DNA of 63,030 bases, the filler included, from Licmophora abbreviata (lineage: Eukaryota): the NCBI GenBank assembly GCA_900291995.1. It is 11 parts of 11 records of this genome, joined end to end, with 100 filler letters (N's around TTAATTAATTAA, not from the genome) between each part and the next. Parts side by side here need not be neighbours in the genome. Positions count along the whole stretch, not along the records: positions 59,326 to 63,030 come from OLMU01004878.1; 10 more parts are not named here. The stretch is one strand, 5' to 3'. The stretch's first letter is position 1. The number at the start of each line of letters is the position of its first letter. Shown here in pieces: positions 59,808 through 63,030 of the stretch. The position numbers were made by a program, and so were the translations under genes. The notes under the pieces were generated by a model. That model was not told where the DNA came from. It was given only the letters and a program-made list of their open reading frames with translations, and made no database searches.

Positions 59808-61880
59808 ATGGTGCCGACAGCAAACTTAATCCTCTTGGCAATTTTTCTCCCTCTTGCGAGTGCCTTTTCACTGGCGAGAAAGAATGGCATCCGTCATCCG
59901 AATTTTCGTTCCCATCATGATGTTGTTGGCCGCTCCCGACGAGGGGATGCGAGATTCGACATCGCCGCGCTGCAGACTGCTGCGAGTCGATCATGGTCCA
60001 CGATAACCACAGTACCGGAAGATGCAACGGCAACGGATGCTGTTGTATGCGGGGGCGGACCGGCCGGTCTGCTCACTGCCATTATGCTTGCGCAAAAGTT
60101 TCCTCGACGCAAGGTCAAGGTGTACGATCGCTTGTCGGCACCGCCATCGCCCAAGGACGAGTCCGTCTGGAGTGATATCGCCAAATTCTATTTGATTGGA
60201 CTTGGAAGTCGAGGACAGAGAGCGTTGGACAAGTTTGGGGTGTGGAAAGAGGTCGAGGACTCTTGTACGGCCGTAGTGGGACGTAAGGACTGGGCGCCGG
60301 GATCGGAGGAGGGAGTGGAACGTATCTTTACAGATCGACCCGTGACGACTCAGGTTCTGCCACGAGACAAGCTGGCAGGGGTGCTGCACAAACATATTCA
60401 AGACAATTACCGCAAACAAATTGAGTTGAACTACGGATATGAAGTCACTCCGATGGACTTTGGTATTGGAGGTGATACGTCAGTGTTGATTCAGTAAGTA
60501 AAAGGTGGCATTCCATCGTTTGTTGGCGCACGGGATAGAAAGATTCACGTAGTCTGATGTTTGCTACAAATACAGCATCGCAAAATGTGACGAGGAAATG
60601 GTTCGGGCGAATCCGACGTCAATGCTGTCCAGTGGACAGGACCAGCCTGAAATACTCTGTGACGCAGATCTGTCCACTGTGGTCACCAATTTGTTGGTAG
60701 GGGCCGACGGAACTTCTCGAACCATTGCGAATCGCATGCAAGAGGAAGATTTGGAGAAACGATCAAGGAATCCACTTAAGCGCGTGTTTGCTGGAAAGCC
60801 TTTCACCGTGACTCGTTATGTCGACGATAATCAGCGAATCTACAAGACCATTCCAATGAAGCTACCACAGGGCTGGCGCCCGGATCTCAATTACTCAGCC
60901 CGCACTCAGGGAGGACGCGTGACGTTTGATGCCCTGCCTGCAGATAGAGACGGAAATTACTGTGGTGTGCTTCTCCTCAAGAAAGACGACCCGCTGGCCG
61001 CCCCGGACACGGACCCAGAGGACTTGCGCAAGCTTTTTGACGAGGCGCTGCCTCAGTTTAGCTCTCTGATTGATGACGAGACACTCTCCAGGATTGCAAA
61101 GAAGCCACCATCATTCCTGCCAGGGTTCCGTTTCGTAGGACCAAGGCTCTATCAAGGCGAACGCACTGTCATTCTCGGCGACTGCGCACATACTGTCAAA
61201 CCGTATTTTGGGCTTGGTGCCAACAGCGCTCTAGAAGACGTCACGGTGAGAAATGGAACCCCGGACGAATCAGTCTGTTCTGATGTGCTCTTTGGACTTG
61301 TGAACTCACCTCGTCATGTCGTGTTTGCTAGTTTCTGAGTGATGCGATTGACGAGTCTCCAAATCTCTCCAGCGCCGTCCACAAGTTTTCAAAGGAGAGG
61401 GCTGGCGAAGCGGAAGCCCTGGTGCGACTGTCGCGAGAACTGGACCGACCGGGCACCCTTGGATTCTTCACGTTTATCCTCCCTCTCATCCTGGACTCGA
61501 TTTTTCACAAATTAGCGCCTAAACTGTTCGAGACAAACACGATTGCCATGTTGCAACGGGAAGGCTACACCTTTCAGCGAGTAAGAGTTCGGAAACGACT
61601 CGACCGAATTGGGCAAGTTGCAATCATCGGAGGGGGTATTGGTACGATTACCATGTTGACACGATATTGTGTGCGTGCGATTGCGGTCCGAGCAGGACGA
61701 CGCAGCTCCACTGTGGCTGCTGCAATGGCGGTTGGGCTCGTCGCACTTCGACTAGCACAAAACCTTACTGGGTACTCTCCGAATATGGCCCCCGCTGACG
61801 TCTTGAACAAGACCAAAGACAAGGTGACAAACTCAGATACATTCGTCACGCCTTTGGGCATGAAGAAAGCCAAAGACTAG
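59808..61880 (+). CDS. FAD-dependent monooxygenase, kynurenine 3-monooxygenase-like, plastid-targeted, 3 exons
   Basis: Exons 59808-60493, 60576-61245 and 61332-61880. Signal peptide + ASAF; VCGGGPAG, LLVGADG..R, ILGDCAHTVKPYFGLGANSALED. Confidence 0.88.
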
Positions 61881-62147
61881 CTAAGCAATATTGACAATAA
61901 ATGTGTCTCATGGTAAGCACAACTACTTCTATAGAGAGAGCTAATCGGTTGCGCAATGTTAATCCGGTGGTACAACACTTCAAAGCGACCTCCATGACGT
62001 CACCTCGCACGGCATCGGCGGAACACAAAACATGAGACGCGATGCGTGTGTGTGTCAAACAAAAGATGGATGTAGGCATGTGGTGTGTGACTTGAGTGAC
62101 TGCCAGGGTGATGGGAACGACGTATCGCAGTATATTGCATTGGCACG

Positions 62148-63030
62148 ATGAGGGCACTGATGCTAGCGCTTCAGACATTTGTGATGTGCTCGCTCGTCGC
62201 TCCCATTGCTTCCCTGTCGGTCTTGCCATCACCGTCTGCTTGCTTGCTCGATCGCGTCAAGAGAGCAATGGAGACGACCAACTCCATGCAATCGAATTTC
62301 GCAGTCGCTCTTGATGCATGCGAGCAGTGGGATCAAGTCATGAGGAAGTCGTCAAGATCGTCGTCGCCCCCCAGGGATTTGCCCGAAAACGTGCTCGCCA
62401 TTTGCTACGCGCTCCAGGCATCCTGTTTGGTTCGAATCGGCCGAGACGACCGAGCCCTGCAAGCGTACGACAATTGTCTAGGTCTTTGTCGATATTTGAC
62501 GAAGGAGTCTTTTCGAGAAGTAGTTCTGGGAAAGGCTTTGGCCTTGCAGCGTAGTATGCTCTACGCAGAAGCGAGGGACACGTTCTTGATGTGTCGTGAG
62601 GTAGAGCGAGCCTGCGTTGGGGCCGCTACCTGTTGTCTTCGACTGGGTGATAAAAACCAAGCCGTGTCGATTTTGAAGAACTTTAGAGCGCTCAAGGAAA
62701 TGGAATGTGGGTGTGAAGTTCAAGGCATGTTGGGAAGCCTGTTGTATGTGCGAGGAGAATCAAGCAACGGAGACGTGTCAGCGTTGTTACGCAGCGGTGC
62801 CAACGTGTCGCCTTTGTACCGCTGGATGGCTGCCGTCACTGGTACTTTATCAACGAAGTCCCTATCTAGGCTGACGCCATTCGACAACCTCGAACTCGCA
62901 GCCGTCAATTTGTCCCCTTTTGACGACTTCTACTTGGTCCACTTGGATGACAAGGTCTTGCTTCACGATTTGTTGACGTCGAGCGCGTCCGTGTCTGCTC
63001 GACGCTACTGGCCACAGGGCGTGGTCCTTC
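62148..63030 (+). CDS. partial ORF (runs off window): signal peptide, TPR-like helices, possible ATP-grasp/TTL-like start
   Basis: Hand translation from ATG 62148 (MRALMLALQTFVMCSLVAPIAS...) stays open to the window end. Contains ALQASCLVRIGRDDRALQAYD, AATCCLRLGD and LDDKVLLHDLL..YWPQG. Not in the ORF track because no stop is reached. Confidence 0.7.
   Translation, partial: MRALMLALQTFVMCSLVAPIASLSVLPSPSACLLDRVKRAMETTNSMQSNFAVALDACEQWDQVMRKSSRSSSPPRDLPENVLAICYALQASCLVRIGRDDRALQAYDNCLGLCRYLTKESFREVVLGKALALQRSMLYAEARDTFLMCREVERACVGAATCCLRLGDKNQAVSILKNFRALKEMECGCEVQGMLGSLLYVRGESSNGDVSALLRSGANVSPLYRWMAAVTGTLSTKSLSRLTPFDNLELAAVNLSPFDDFYLVHLDDKVLLHDLLTSSASVSARRYWPQGVVL

Noticed and set aside
62429..62442. 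GGTTCGAATC resembling a tRNA T-loop
   Set aside because: Inside an open coding frame with no cloverleaf stems around it.
1..63030. Search for CRISPR arrays, transposases/retroelements, rRNA or a bacterial operon-like island
   Set aside because: None seen. Bacterial-type genes (MinE, GAPN-like, trigger-factor-like) carry spliceosomal introns and are scattered among eukaryotic genes.

Overview
Gene-dense, intron-containing eukaryotic nuclear DNA, most consistent with a diatom (stramenopile). Supporting signs are short GT-AG introns, several signal peptide + A/S-F bipartite plastid presequences, an NTT1-type plastid nucleotide transporter, and DUF6824 and GQVGIRCxHC-type proteins. About 33 protein-coding genes can be built by hand. 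They include CDC50, a CLASP-N/TOG protein, a TMX-like thioredoxin, SNase, a GAPN-type ALDH, a DDT/MBD/WHIM chromatin factor, AP-4 mu, MinE, DPM1, ORC1, NTT1, glutaminase, PP1, a mARC/MOSC protein, histone H1 and a KMO-like monooxygenase. Ten 100-nt N44-TTAATTAATTAA-N44 blocks are artificial scaffold spacers, several inside genes. The main finding is a two-exon gene at 10224-10770 that the ORF track misses. It has an in-frame TGA at the Sec position of an Rdx/SelW-like fold (SxxU instead of CxxU) and a SECIS-like hairpin 33 nt after the stop, making it a strong candidate for an unannotated selenoprotein. Other observations: a TOG domain fused to a kinesin-13-like tail, ORC1 with four BAH-like repeats, a probably mitochondrial MinE, NTT1 in frame with glutaminase across one TAG, and two single-base frame lesions. 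Family calls come from motif recognition only; no database searches were run.
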